A stretch of DNA of 63,799 nucleotides, filler included, from Lama guanicoe (lineage: Eukaryota): assembly GCA_013239625.1 (NCBI GenBank). It is 79 parts of 72 records of this genome, joined end to end, with 100 filler letters (N's around TTAATTAATTAA, not from the genome) between each part and the next. Parts side by side here need not be neighbours in the genome. Positions count along the whole stretch, not along the records: positions 11,832 to 12,590 come from PNXV01001906.1; positions 12,691 to 13,502 come from PNXV01001907.1; positions 13,603 to 14,124 come from PNXV01001911.1; positions 14,225 to 15,148 come from PNXV01001912.1; positions 15,249 to 16,147 come from MU053446.1; positions 16,248 to 16,748 come from PNXV01001916.1; positions 16,849 to 17,992 come from MU053449.1; positions 18,093 to 19,075 come from PNXV01001923.1; 71 more parts are not named here. One strand, written 5' to 3'. The position numbers and the translations under genes were made by a program. Positions 11,732 through 23,344 of this stretch are shown here, in pieces. The notes beneath the pieces were generated by a model. It saw only the letters and a program-made list of their open reading frames with translations. It did not search any database and had not been told where the DNA came from. Position 1 is the first letter of the stretch, and every line of letters starts with the position of its first letter.

Positions 11732-12690
11732 NNNNNNNNNNNNNNNNNNNNNNNNNNNNNNNNNNNNNNNNNNNNTTAATTAATTAANNNNNNNNNNNNN
11801 NNNNNNNNNNNNNNNNNNNNNNNNNNNNNNNGGCCAGCCTTGTTGGACAAGGGTAGAATGGGCCAGGCCTGCCCTTGGCTACATCCACTTCTAAGGGCGG
11901 TAGGATGCCTGCCGAAGCCTTCCAGGGAGGAAGGCATACCCGGGGCCTCTGGCTTTGTCCCAGCCCAGAATGAGGTGTTGCATGCCTTCTGCTGCCTCCA
12001 GCATTCTAGCCAGGGCCCACGGTTAACTGGAGAGGGATGATGGTACCCTAAGGACTATGGGATGCTGGCCTAGGTTCTGGACAGGATGGGAAGCTCCAGG
12101 AGCTGTAGGAGCCAGGGCAGGACAGAAATTAAACCCCTTGCTTCCCTGGAAAGGAACTGGGAGAGGAGAGGTCTTTAAAGCCCTTTGTACTGGCCTCATA
12201 GGATTGTGACCTCCCTGCAGTGACCCGGGAGTCCTGAGTTTCCTTTTTAGAGGATCATTCTTTCCCTCACTCTCACGCCAGGCATCGAGGTCAGCCCTGC
12301 AGTTATGTAGCCGGGGGAAGACAACCTCCTTCTTTGAAGTCTGGTGGGTGTGGGACTCCTGAGGGGAGGGGCTCCACCCCACCCCACCTCCCTGGGTTCA
12401 AGGGGACTGGAAGACCACTGCTGACTGTCTCGGGCACTTGGGAGGGGGCACATAGAGAAGAGAGGAACCCACCCAGGAAATGGCTCTGCCTTCTCCCCAA
12501 GGAGAAATAGGGTCACTCCAGCCACGTCCCTGCTAGCCAAACATGTGTCTGTCCGTCCCACCAACCTCCAACAGGTGATCTGAGCACATTNNNNNNNNNN
12601 NNNNNNNNNNNNNNNNNNNNNNNNNNNNNNNNNNTTAATTAATTAANNNNNNNNNNNNNNNNNNNNNNNNNNNNNNNNNNNNNNNNNNNN

Positions 12691-13254
12691 ATGAGAGACT
12701 ACGTGAAGCATTCCGAGTCTACAGTCCTTTAGATCCTGAGGCCCAAGGAAACCAGCTGATGGTCAACGCTGCCTTCGTAGCCCAGTCGTGCCAAGACATA
12801 CGCCGGAAACTCCAAAAAAAAGTGGATGGATTCGCAGGGATGAACACTACACAGCTGCTGGAAGCAGCAAACAAGGCTTTTATAAACCAAACCCGGGAAG
12901 CCCAACGAGAGGCAGACCAGCGAATGAAGCAGAAAGCGGTGCTCCTTGCAGCAGCAGTGGGGAAAACAAGCTTCAGCCAGAATCCTGCACCTCCCCGGAA
13001 GAGGGGACCGCGACCTTGGATGCCCTGGGCCGAGACCAGTGCGCATACTGTCGGAAATCCTGCACCTCCCCGGAAGAGGGGACCGCGACCTTGGATGCCC
13101 TGGGCCGAGACCAGTGCGCATACTGTCGGGAGACAGGACACTGGAAGAACGAGTGCCCAGAGAGGGTGAGAAGAAAGCCCCCCAAAAGCCCTACTTTTCA
13201 GGTGGAGCCACCAGCCAGTAATCGCATCAGACTGGCTGGGTCGACTCACAATAG
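12691..13254 (+). pseudogene. gag: Class I (gammaretrovirus-like) ERV gag C-terminus: capsid and CCHC nucleocapsid, frameshifted
   Basis: [53 protein letters not shown]; zinc knuckle [20 protein letters not shown] (CX2CX4HX4C); TAG at 13252-13254. Confidence 0.93.
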
Positions 13255-13318
13255 GAGAGACCGGGCTCCCGGCCCCCGGGGCCCCGGGAGCCCAAGGTCA
13301 AGATGTTTATGGGGGGCC
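13252..13318 (+). promoter_or_regulatory. UAG read-through pseudoknot (MLV-type)
   Basis: TAG, 8-nt spacer GAGAGACC, stem 1 GGGCTCCC/GGGAGCCC, stem 2 GGCCCCC/GGGGGCC. Confidence 0.8.
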
Positions 13319-13502
13319 AACCAATGACTTTTATGGTGCACTCAGGAGCAGAATATTCTGTGGTGACCCAACCTGTAGCCCTCCTTTCCAAGAAAAAGGT
13401 GACTATTATGGGGCTACTGGGGATTCGACTGCCTGCCATTTCTGCCAATCACGATCCTGTCAAGTAGGGGACCATCTAGTGACACAAGAATTTTTATACT
13501 TG
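13255..13502 (+). pseudogene. pro: ERV aspartic protease (pro/pol 5' end), catalytic Asp lost, frameshifted
   Basis: In frame after the gag [39 protein letters not shown]; after a -1 shift ATG..FCQSRSCQVGDHLVTQEFLY. Confidence 0.9.
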
Positions 13503-14224
13503 NNNNNNNNNNNNNNNNNNNNNNNNNNNNNNNNNNNNNNNNNNNNTTAATTAATTAANNNNNNNNNNNNNNNNNNNNNNNNNNNNNNNNNNNNNNNNNN
13601 NNCCTTAAACCAATGAGATGAAAAACAAATTGCACTAGGAATCTATTTGCTACATAATGGGTCCCCCCAACACCTACAAGGTAAGAGAAGAACAGTTGAC
13701 ATCCGGTGTTTTCTGGCTTCTACAAGCTGGAGCAGCTCTTTTCTGTGCTTGTGTCTCCTGGTTCTCATGAAGGTGCAATCCTACATCAGCCAGGCTGGTT
13801 CATTGAAGGCCCCTCTATGCTTGGAAGCACTCCCACCCAATCAGGCTCACCCCCTGCCTGCCATGTGCCCGCTTTTCCTCACCACATCATCTTCCTGATA
13901 AATCTGATTTTTAAACCTTGCGAATTAGGCCCCATATTTTCCACATCCCATGCTAGTCTCCATGTGAATAGTCATTTTCCTTCATCCCAGCATTTTCCAT
14001 TGGACCAGAATCACAGTTCTTACAATCTATCGGATCATAGCTCTGGAGTATTGCTGAGAATCGTCACCAGGTTCCTTTCTAGACTTCACTTTCATTGCAG
14101 TAATAGCTGCTTCTAGGCTTGGGGNNNNNNNNNNNNNNNNNNNNNNNNNNNNNNNNNNNNNNNNNNNNTTAATTAATTAANNNNNNNNNNNNNNNNNNNN
14201 NNNNNNNNNNNNNNNNNNNNNNNN

Positions 14225-14390
14225 GTTGATTCATCATTAGTGTAAAGAAATGCAACAGATTTTTGTACATTAACCTTGCAACCTGCTACCTTTCTGAAAG
14301 CTTCGATCGGCTCTAGCAGTTTTTATGTGGACATTTTATGGTTTTCTATACATAGTATCATGTCATCTGCGTATAGTGACACTTTTACCA
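14225..14390 (-). mobile_element. L1 ORF2 RT fragment
   Basis: atagtatcatgtcatctgcgtatagtgacac is antisense of VSLYADDMILY. Confidence 0.85.
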
Positions 14391-14778
14391 ATCCAGATTC
14401 AAGTGAAGAGAATATAGCCACTCTGTCTTGTTAGGGGAAGCTGTAAACTCAGATTGCAAACAGTATGGATTTTAAGGAGGTCATCAATTGATGCCATCAA
14501 TAGAATAAATCAATACATACTCTTAGAGAAACTTGGCAAACATTTGGTTAGAAGGATTGAAAATAGTAAACAAAGCCAAATGCCAAGAGCTGGGTCAAAA
14601 TGTAATGAACACAGCAACTTTAATGATAAGGAGAGTTCTGGATAATTAATAACAGTTTACATGACTATGACTCGCATGTATTGATGTTTGATTCACAAAA
14701 GTGAATGTAGCTCACTTTTAAAGGTACAAGGCTCAGGCAATCAACTAATCATAAAATGTTTGTTTGTTCCAGGATTTT

Positions 14779-14982
14779 CAGTGGTTCTCAACTGAGGGTG
14801 ATTTTCCTGCCAAGGCATATTCAGCCGTATTGAAGACAGTTTTATTTGCCACAGTTAGGGAGGGATTGCTACTGGGATCTAGCGAGTAGAAGGGAAGGGT
14901 GCTGGGCTTCCACAATGCTCAGGATCGCACCTTACCCGGGAAAAGCCTCCAAGTATCTACCGCACCAAGGTTGGAAGACCTG
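14779..14982 (+). mobile_element. MER20 (hAT-Charlie non-autonomous DNA transposon)
   Basis: Begins cagtggttctcaac..gattt; internal tgctactgggatctag.g.gtaga; ends aggttggaagacctg. Confidence 0.8.
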
Positions 14983-15248
14983 GTATGGACTGATCCTCTG
15001 GCACCATGGGGGAGCATGGGTAGTGCAGAGTGATCCAGATTTCTTGTGAAGATTTAGAGATAAAGTGTATTAAAGGTGTATTCATATTCACATTGAGAGT
15101 TATGTGTAAGTCTGAACTTAACCAACACAAACATTTAATAACATGGCTNNNNNNNNNNNNNNNNNNNNNNNNNNNNNNNNNNNNNNNNNNNNTTAATTAA
15201 TTAANNNNNNNNNNNNNNNNNNNNNNNNNNNNNNNNNNNNNNNNNNNN

Positions 15249-16147
15249 TGTGGTGTATCATACTGATTAATTTGTGGGTATTTAATCAATTTTGCATGAC
15301 TAGAAAAAAATGGACTTATTCATATTGTATAATCCTCTGAAAATATTGTTTGATTTGCTAACAATTTCGTGATGATTTTGCATCTATGCTTATCAATAGT
15401 ATTTAATCTCTAATTTTTTGAGGTATTTGTTCCAGTTTTACTAGTGGTGTGATACAGAAATGTGGGGTAGAAAGCCTTCCTTCCTCTCGAAATTTTTGGA
15501 ATACTCTGTGAAGTATAGGTGAAACCTCTTCTCAAAATGTTTGGCAGAAATCACCTGAGAATCTGTGTAGGCCTGTAATTTTGTTTCTTGGAAGATTTGG
15601 TTTAATTACATATTCAATTTCATTAGTGATAATCTGTTCATATTTTNNNNNNNNNNNNNNNNNNNNNNNNNNNNNNNNNNNNNNNNNNNNNNNNNNNNNN
15701 NNNNNNNNNNNNNNNNNNNNNNNNNNNNNNNNNNNNNNNNNNNNNNNNNNNNNNNNNNNNNNNNNNNNNNNNNNNNNNNNNNNNNNNNNNNNNNNNNNNN
15801 NNNNNNNNNNNNNNNNNNNNNNNNNNNNNNNNNNNNNNNNNNNNNNNNNNNNNNNNNNNNNNNNNNNNNNNNNNNNNNNNNNNNNNNNNNNNNNNNNNNN
15901 NNNNNNNNNNNNNNNNNNNNNNNNNNNNNNNNNNNNNNNNNNNNNNNNNNNNNNNNNNNNNNNNNNNNNNNNNNNNNNNNNNNNNNNNNNNNNNNNNNNN
16001 NNNNNNNNNNNTTATAAGAGAATTTCCTATTTGTATAAGTGGGATTATTTTGCTATAAGCATCCCTATTAATACTGCTTGTGCTTTACCCCATGGATATT
16101 GTTTTGGTTGTCATGTTTTATATATATTTTTTCTTTCAATTATTCAG
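15249..16147 (-). mobile_element. Degenerate L1 ORF2 fragment (gapped)
   Basis: gtggtgtatcatactgatt..gatttgcta..gattttgcatctatg is RT-region antisense. Confidence 0.8.
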
Positions 16148-16247
16148 NNNNNNNNNNNNNNNNNNNNNNNNNNNNNNNNNNNNNNNNNNNNTTAATTAAT
16201 TAANNNNNNNNNNNNNNNNNNNNNNNNNNNNNNNNNNNNNNNNNNNN

Positions 16248-16748
16248 TTAAATTCAGGGCCTATCAAATTACAAAAGGCATTTTCAGACACAAAAACCAA
16301 TTCTTAAATTTACATGTAAACACAAAAGTGTTGAAATCATTAAAAAAGAAAAGAAAAGAAAACAAACAAACTAAAAACACAATTTCTTTGACAAAGAACA
16401 AAGAGAAAGTATCACTGTCCCTGATTTTAAACTATATTACAAGGCTGCAGTAATGAATATGGTAGTGGCACGGAACAAACAGAATAATGGAACACAAAGA
16501 ATGCCTAAAAATGAAATCAGACAGTTATGGTCATTTAGCCCATTACCAAAAAATGAATATACAGTTGGAGATAGATAATAAACAGGCACATGAAAATGGT
16601 CAAGATGACTAACCTTCAGAAAAATGCAAGTCAATAACACGAGATTTTATGTCACTCCTGTCAGAATGACTATGATCAAAAAAATATAAATATTGGTGTG
16701 GATGTAAGTAAAAGAATCCTGATGCAATGCTTGAGTGAATGTAAATTT
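16248..16748 (+). mobile_element. Degenerate L1 ORF2 3' fragments
   Basis: cctgattttaaactatattacaaggctgcagtaat; aatgcaagtcaa..cactcctgtcagaatg. Confidence 0.75.
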
Positions 16749-16848
16749 NNNNNNNNNNNNNNNNNNNNNNNNNNNNNNNNNNNNNNNNNNNNTTAATTAA
16801 TTAANNNNNNNNNNNNNNNNNNNNNNNNNNNNNNNNNNNNNNNNNNNN

Positions 16849-17992
16849 CATGCCCTGGCACAGAGACATTAGGAAAACCCTCAGGGGAGACCACCTCAAG
16901 CATTTCGTTGGAACCCACGCGCTGCCGACCCTTGGTGGAACCTCCCCACGCTCAGGGTTCCGGAACCATTGTCAGTGCGTGGGGGAGCTCGAGAGACACC
17001 TCCACGCAGCTCTCTTCAGTCACAGGTGTTCCCTGTCCGGGGAAGTCCGAGAAATACCTTCCCTGACNNNNNNNNNNNNNNNNNNNNNNNNNNNNNNNNN
17101 NNNNNNNNNNNNNNNNNNNNNNNNNNNNNNNNNNNNNNNNNNNNNNNNNNNNNNNNNNNNNNNNNNNNNNNNNNNNNNNNNNNNNNNNNNNNNNNNNNNN
17201 NNNNNNNNNNNNNNNNNNNNNNNNNNNNNNNNNNNNNNNNNNNNNNNNNNNNNNNNNNNNNNNNNNNNNNNNNNNNNNNNNNNNNNNNNNNNNNNNNNNN
17301 NNNNNNNNNNNNNNNNNNNNNNNNNNNNNNNNNNNNNNNNNNNNNNNNNNNNNNNNNNNNNNNNNNNNNNNNNNNNNNNNNNNNNNNNNNNNNNNNNNNN
17401 NNNNNNNNNNNNNNNNNNNNNNNNNNNNNNNNNNNNNNNNNNNNNNNNNNNNNNNNNNNNNNNNNNNNNNNNNNGCTCCCCACGGGTTCCGGAACCATTG
17501 TCAGTGCGTGTGGGAGCTCTAGAGACACTTCCACGGAGCTCTCTTCAGTCACAGGTGTTCCCTGTCCGGAGAAGTCCGAGAAATACCTTCCCTGACCTTG
17601 GGGAGGCAGCCTCTGTCACTAGGATTTCCTGCAAAACCCCCTAGCATTCCCTGGCACAGAGACATTAGGAAAATCCTCAGGGGAGACCAGCTCAGGCTTT
17701 CCGTTGGAACCCACGCGCTGCCGACCGTAGGTGGAACCTCCCCACGCTCAGGGTCCCGGAACCATTGTCAGTGTGTGGGGGAGCGCTAGAGACACCTCCA
17801 CGCAGCTCTCTTCAGTCACAGGTGTTCCCTGCTCGGGGAAGTCCGAGAAATAACTTCCCTGAACTTGGGGAGGCAGCCTCTGTCACTGGGATTTCCTGCA
17901 AACCTCCCTAGCATTCCCTGGCAGAGAGACATGAGGAAAACATTCAGGGGAGACGAGCACATTCATTCCGTTAGAAACCACGCGCGGCCGAC
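16849..17992 (+). repeat. 267-bp satellite family A
   Basis: Reverse complement of the 1096-2279 monomer; tandem copies. Confidence 0.95.
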
Positions 17993-18092
17993 NNNNNNNN
18001 NNNNNNNNNNNNNNNNNNNNNNNNNNNNNNNNNNNNTTAATTAATTAANNNNNNNNNNNNNNNNNNNNNNNNNNNNNNNNNNNNNNNNNNNN

Positions 18093-19075
18093 TGTATATT
18101 GATTTAGAATATAGATTGTAGAACACAGAATATAGAATAAATTATACAGAATATAGAATCTAGAACACAGAATATAGAATACGGAAAACAGAATACAGAA
18201 GCCAGAATTTTGAATATGGAATGCAGAAAACAGAAATTGGAATAGAGAATACAGAATTCTGAATATAGAATTTAGAATATTTAATGCGGAACACAGAATT
18301 AAGAATATAGAATACAATGTACTGAATATATTATTTAGAATATAGAATGCAGAACACAGAATTTAGAATATAGAATACAGTATAATGCATATAGAATTTC
18401 GAATATTGATTGTAGAACACAGAATATAGAATATAAAATAGAGAATATAGAGCACTGAATTAAGAACATGGAATTCAGAACAAAGAATTTAGGGTATAGA
18501 CCACAGAATACTGTATATTGAATTTAGAAATTAGAATGTAAAACACAGAATATAGAATAAGGAATACGGAATGCAGAATATTGATTTTAGAAAACAGAAT
18601 GAAGAATACAAAATATAGAATATAGATTAGAGTATATAGAAGCCAGAATATAGAACATGGAATTCAGAACACATAATTTAGTATATAGAATACAGAAACC
18701 TGAATATAGAATTTAGAATATACAATGTATAACACAGAATATAGAATATAGAATACAGAATATAGAACACAGGATTTAGAACATGGAATGCAGAACACAG
18801 AATTTAGAATACAGAATACAGAATACTGAATATAGACTTTAGAATATTGAATGTAGAACAGAGAATAGAGAATAGAGAATAGAGAATATAGAACCCAGAA
18901 TGCAGAACATGGAATGCAGAACACACAATCTAGAATACAGAACACTGAATATAGAATTTACAGCATAGAATGTAGAACATAGAAAATAGAATATAGAGTA
19001 AGGAATGCAGAATATAGAATTTAGATTATTGAATGAAAAACACAAAATAAAGAATATAGCATAGAGAATATCGAA
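18093..19075 (+). repeat. Heptamer-based AT-rich satellite (family C, AGAATAT/AGAACAC/GGAATGC variants)
   Basis: Continuous 7-bp register; catggaat landmarks spaced 189, 126, 126. Confidence 0.93.
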
Positions 19076-19175
19076 NNNNNNNNNNNNNNNNNNNNNNNNN
19101 NNNNNNNNNNNNNNNNNNNTTAATTAATTAANNNNNNNNNNNNNNNNNNNNNNNNNNNNNNNNNNNNNNNNNNNN

Positions 19176-20428
19176 CAAGCTCCAACTCGGATTTACAGTG
19201 AAAACTGCAGGAACTTCAAAACGGTACTAGGAAACAGACTGAAAAACCTGAGTAAGTGTTTCTCCTGCAACCTGTTCCCTTTGTGCTAGATGAACGAACG
19301 TCTCTCCACATGCTCAGTTTTGAGAGTTAAGCGTGTGTGAAAGCCGTCCTTCACCTAGCTTGTTGGGAACACAAAGTTTCTCTTCAGTTGCAGACTCCAC
19401 TCCATACATATATATGGGGAGGTACAAGCTCCAACTCGGTTTTACAGTGAAAACTGCAGGAACTTCAAACCGGCACTAGGAAACAGACTGAGAAACCAGA
19501 GTAAGTGTTTCTCCTGCAACCTGTTCCCTTTGTGCTAGATGAACGAACGTCTCTCCACATGCTCAGTTTTGAGAGTTAAGCGTGTGTGAAAGCCGTCCTT
19601 CACCTAGCTTGTTGGGAACACAACGTTTCTCTACACTTGCAAACTCCACTCCTTACATATATAAGGGGAGATACAAGCTCCAACTTGGTTTTACAGTGAA
19701 AATTGCAGGAACTTCAAACCGGCAGTAGGAAGCAGACTGAGAAACCGGAGTAAGTGTTTCTCCTGCAACCTGTTCCCTTTGTGCTAGATGAACGAACGTC
19801 TCTCCACATGCTCAGTTTTGAGAGTTAAGCGTGTGTGAAAGCCGTCCTTCACCTAGCTTGTTGGGAACACAAAGTTTCTCNNNNNNNNNNNNNNNNNNNN
19901 NNNNNNNNNNNNNNNNNNNNNNNNNNNNNNNNNNNNNNNNNNNNNNNNNNNNNNNNNNNNNNNNNNNNNNNNNNNNNNNNNNNNNNNNNNNNNNNNNNNN
20001 NNNNNNNNNNNNNNNNNNNNNNNNNNNNNNNNNNNNNNNNNNNNNNNNNNNNNNNNNNNNNNNNNNNNNNNNNNNNNNNNNNNNNNNNNNNNNNNNNNNN
20101 NNNNNNNNNNNNNNNNNNNNNNNNNNNNNNNNNNNNNNNNNNNNNNNNNNNNNNNNNNNNNNNNNNNNNNNNNNNNNNNNNNNNNGGTTTTACAGTGAAA
20201 ACTGCAGGAACTTCAAACCGGCACTAGGAAACAGACTGAGAAACCAGAGTAAGTGTTCCTCCTGCAACCTGTTCCCTTTGTGCTAGATGAACGAAAGTCT
20301 CTCCACATGCTTAGTTTTGAGAGTTAAGCGTGTGTGAAAGACGTTCTTCACCTAGCTTGTTGGGAACACAAAGTTACTCTTCAGTTGCAAACTCCGTTCC
20401 ATACATATATATGGGGAGGTACAAGCTC
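19176..20428 (-). repeat. Satellite family B, homogeneous 249-bp monomers
   Basis: caagctccaact at 19176, 19425, 19674; PstI site CTGCAG in most monomers. Confidence 0.95.
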
Positions 20429-20528
20429 NNNNNNNNNNNNNNNNNNNNNNNNNNNNNNNNNNNNNNNNNNNNTTAATTAATTAANNNNNNNNNNNNNNNN
20501 NNNNNNNNNNNNNNNNNNNNNNNNNNNN

Positions 20529-20998
20529 GCTCCATCTTCGAGCTGGGGATCGGCCCAAAGGCTTCTCAGTTCTGTTGTCCGGTGGGCTTTTGGCTCCTGC
20601 CTGGGCCGGGGCCTCTGGCTGTGGAAGTGCAAGGAGGGGGGATCTCAAGAAAGGGTTCAGGCGGCTGAGGGAGGGCGGTCCGCCTGTTACAGCACCCCAG
20701 GGAGCCAGTCAGCGTCTGTTCAGTTGAATTGCTAGGGCCAGGCCCCCAGGGCACCACCTGCCCTGGAGCCCCGGCCACAGCTGTCCAGGGCCAGGTGTGC
20801 ACCTGCCGCCTCTCACCCAGCCGGGTTAACCTCAGTCCGCGGCTGACGTGCACTTCACCTCTCCCACCCAGGAGTCCTCTCCTCCCTGGCTGCCTGTCCT
20901 CGGCTGCCTGCCCGGCCCCGCCCCTGGGCGGGCTGCGTCCAGGGCGCGAGGTGTCTGCGGACCCAGACGGGGCTGGGGCTGGGGCTGGAGCTGGGGCT
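20529..20998. promoter_or_regulatory. GC/CpG-rich island-like fragment ending in (GGGGCT)n
   Basis: High GC, clustered CpGs, GC box ccccgccc near 20915. Confidence 0.4.
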
Positions 20999-21098
20999 NN
21001 NNNNNNNNNNNNNNNNNNNNNNNNNNNNNNNNNNNNNNNNNNTTAATTAATTAANNNNNNNNNNNNNNNNNNNNNNNNNNNNNNNNNNNNNNNNNNNN

Positions 21099-23244
21099 TA
21101 GAATTTAGAATATAGAATGTATGACACAGAATATAGAATATAGAATACGGAAAGCAGAATATAGATTAAAATTATAGAATCTAGAACACAGAATTTAGAA
21201 TATGGAAAACAGAATACAAATCCCAGAATTGAGGACATGGAATGCAGAACACAGAATCTAGAATATAGAATACAGTAAACTGAATATAAAATTTAGAATA
21301 TAGAATGTACAACACACAATATAGAATATAGAATAGAGGATATAGAACCCAGAATTTAGAACATATAGAATATAGTGTAAAGAATACAGAATATTGAATT
21401 AAGAACATAGAATGCAGAACACAAAATTTAGAATATAGAATGCAGAATACTGTATTTAGAATTGAGAATATAGAATGAGTAATACAGAATATAGAATATA
21501 GCAACGGAATGGAGAATAAAGTATATAGAATATTGCATGAAGAACACAAAATATAGAATATAGAAGAGTGAATATAGAAACCAGAAATTAGAACACGGAT
21601 TTCAGAACACAGAATNNNNNNNNNNNNNNNNNNNNNNNNNNNNNNNNNNNNNNNNNNNNTTAATTAATTAANNNNNNNNNNNNNNNNNNNNNNNNNNNNN
21701 NNNNNNNNNNNNNNNGAATATAGAATACAGAATACTGGATATAGAATATAGAACATAGAATGTACAACAAAGGATAGAGAATATAGAATCCAGAATTTAG
21801 AACATGATATGCAGAACACTGAATTTAGAAAATAGAATACATTATACTGAATATAGAATTTAGAACATAGAAAGCAGAACACAGAATTTAGTATATAGAA
21901 TATGGANNNNNNNNNNNNNNNNNNNNNNNNNNNNNNNNNNNNNNNNNNNNNNNNNNNNNNNNNNNNNNNNNNNNNNNNNNNNNNNNNNNNNNNNNNNNNN
22001 NNNNNNNNNNNNNNNNNNNNNNNNNNNNNNNNNNNNNNNNNNNNNNNNNNNNNNNNNNNNNNNNNNNNNNNNATAGGAAATAGAATACAGAATTTTGAAT
22101 ATAGCATTTAGAATATAGAATGTTGAACACAGAATAAAGAATATAGAATACAGGATACTAAATATAGGATATAGAACATGCAATTCAGAACACAGAATTT
22201 AGAATATAGAATACAGANNNNNNNNNNNNNNNNNNNNNNNNNNNNNNNNNNNNNNNNNNNNTTAATTAATTAANNNNNNNNNNNNNNNNNNNNNNNNNNN
22301 NNNNNNNNNNNNNNNNNTACAGAATGTACAACACAGAAATTTGACAATTGAATACAGAATGCAGAACCCAGAATTTAGAACACGGAATGCAGAACACAGA
22401 AATTACAATATAGAATACAGAATACAACATATAGAATATAGAATACAGAATATAGAACACGGAATATAGAATATAGAATATACTTGGCTGAAACCAGAAT
22501 TTAGAACATGGAATTCAGAACACAGAATTTTGAATATAGAATACAGAATACACAATATAGAATGTAGTACACAGATTTTAGAACACAGAATATAGAATCT
22601 AGAATACAGAATTCAGAACGCAGAATTTAGAAGGAATTCAGAACACAGAATTTAGAATACAGTTTACAGAATAAAGAATGTAGTATATAGAAATTAGAAT
22701 ACAGAATCTAGAATATAGTATAATGAACCCAGAACCCAGAATTTTGAATATTCAATGCAGAACACAGAATATAGAATATAGAATACAGAATATAGAAACA
22801 AGAATATAATCATGGAATTCAGAACACAGAATATAGTATAAAGAATACAGAAATAGAATGTGGAATATAGAATGAATAACACAGAATATACAATATAAAA
22901 TGTGGAATATAGAATTTAGATTAGAAAATGTAGAACTCAGCATATGAATATAGACTTCAGAATAGACAACACAGAATTTAGAATATGGAATTCAGAACAC
23001 AGAATTTAGTATATTGGATACGTAATACATAATATATAATGTATCATACAGAATGCTGAACTCCGAATATTGAATATAGAATACAAAATGCAGAACACAG
23101 AATTTAGAGCGTGGAATTCATAACACAGAGATTAGAATTTAGAATACATAATTCAGAATATAGAATTCAGAAAAGAGAAAGTAGAAACAGAATACAGAAT
23201 GTAGAATTCAGAATACAGAATTTAGAACATGGAATGCAGTACAA
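21099..23244 (+). repeat. Satellite family C (three scaffolds: 21099-21615, 21716-22217, 22318-23244)
   Basis: Same heptamer vocabulary as 18093-19075. Confidence 0.93.
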
Positions 23245-23344
23245 NNNNNNNNNNNNNNNNNNNNNNNNNNNNNNNNNNNNNNNNNNNNTTAATTAATTAA
23301 NNNNNNNNNNNNNNNNNNNNNNNNNNNNNNNNNNNNNNNNNNNN

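Noticed and set aside
18045..23296. Hydrophobic ORFs rich in F/Y/I/L/S/C (also 52459-52641 and 60324-61605)
   Set aside because: Translations of the heptamer satellite
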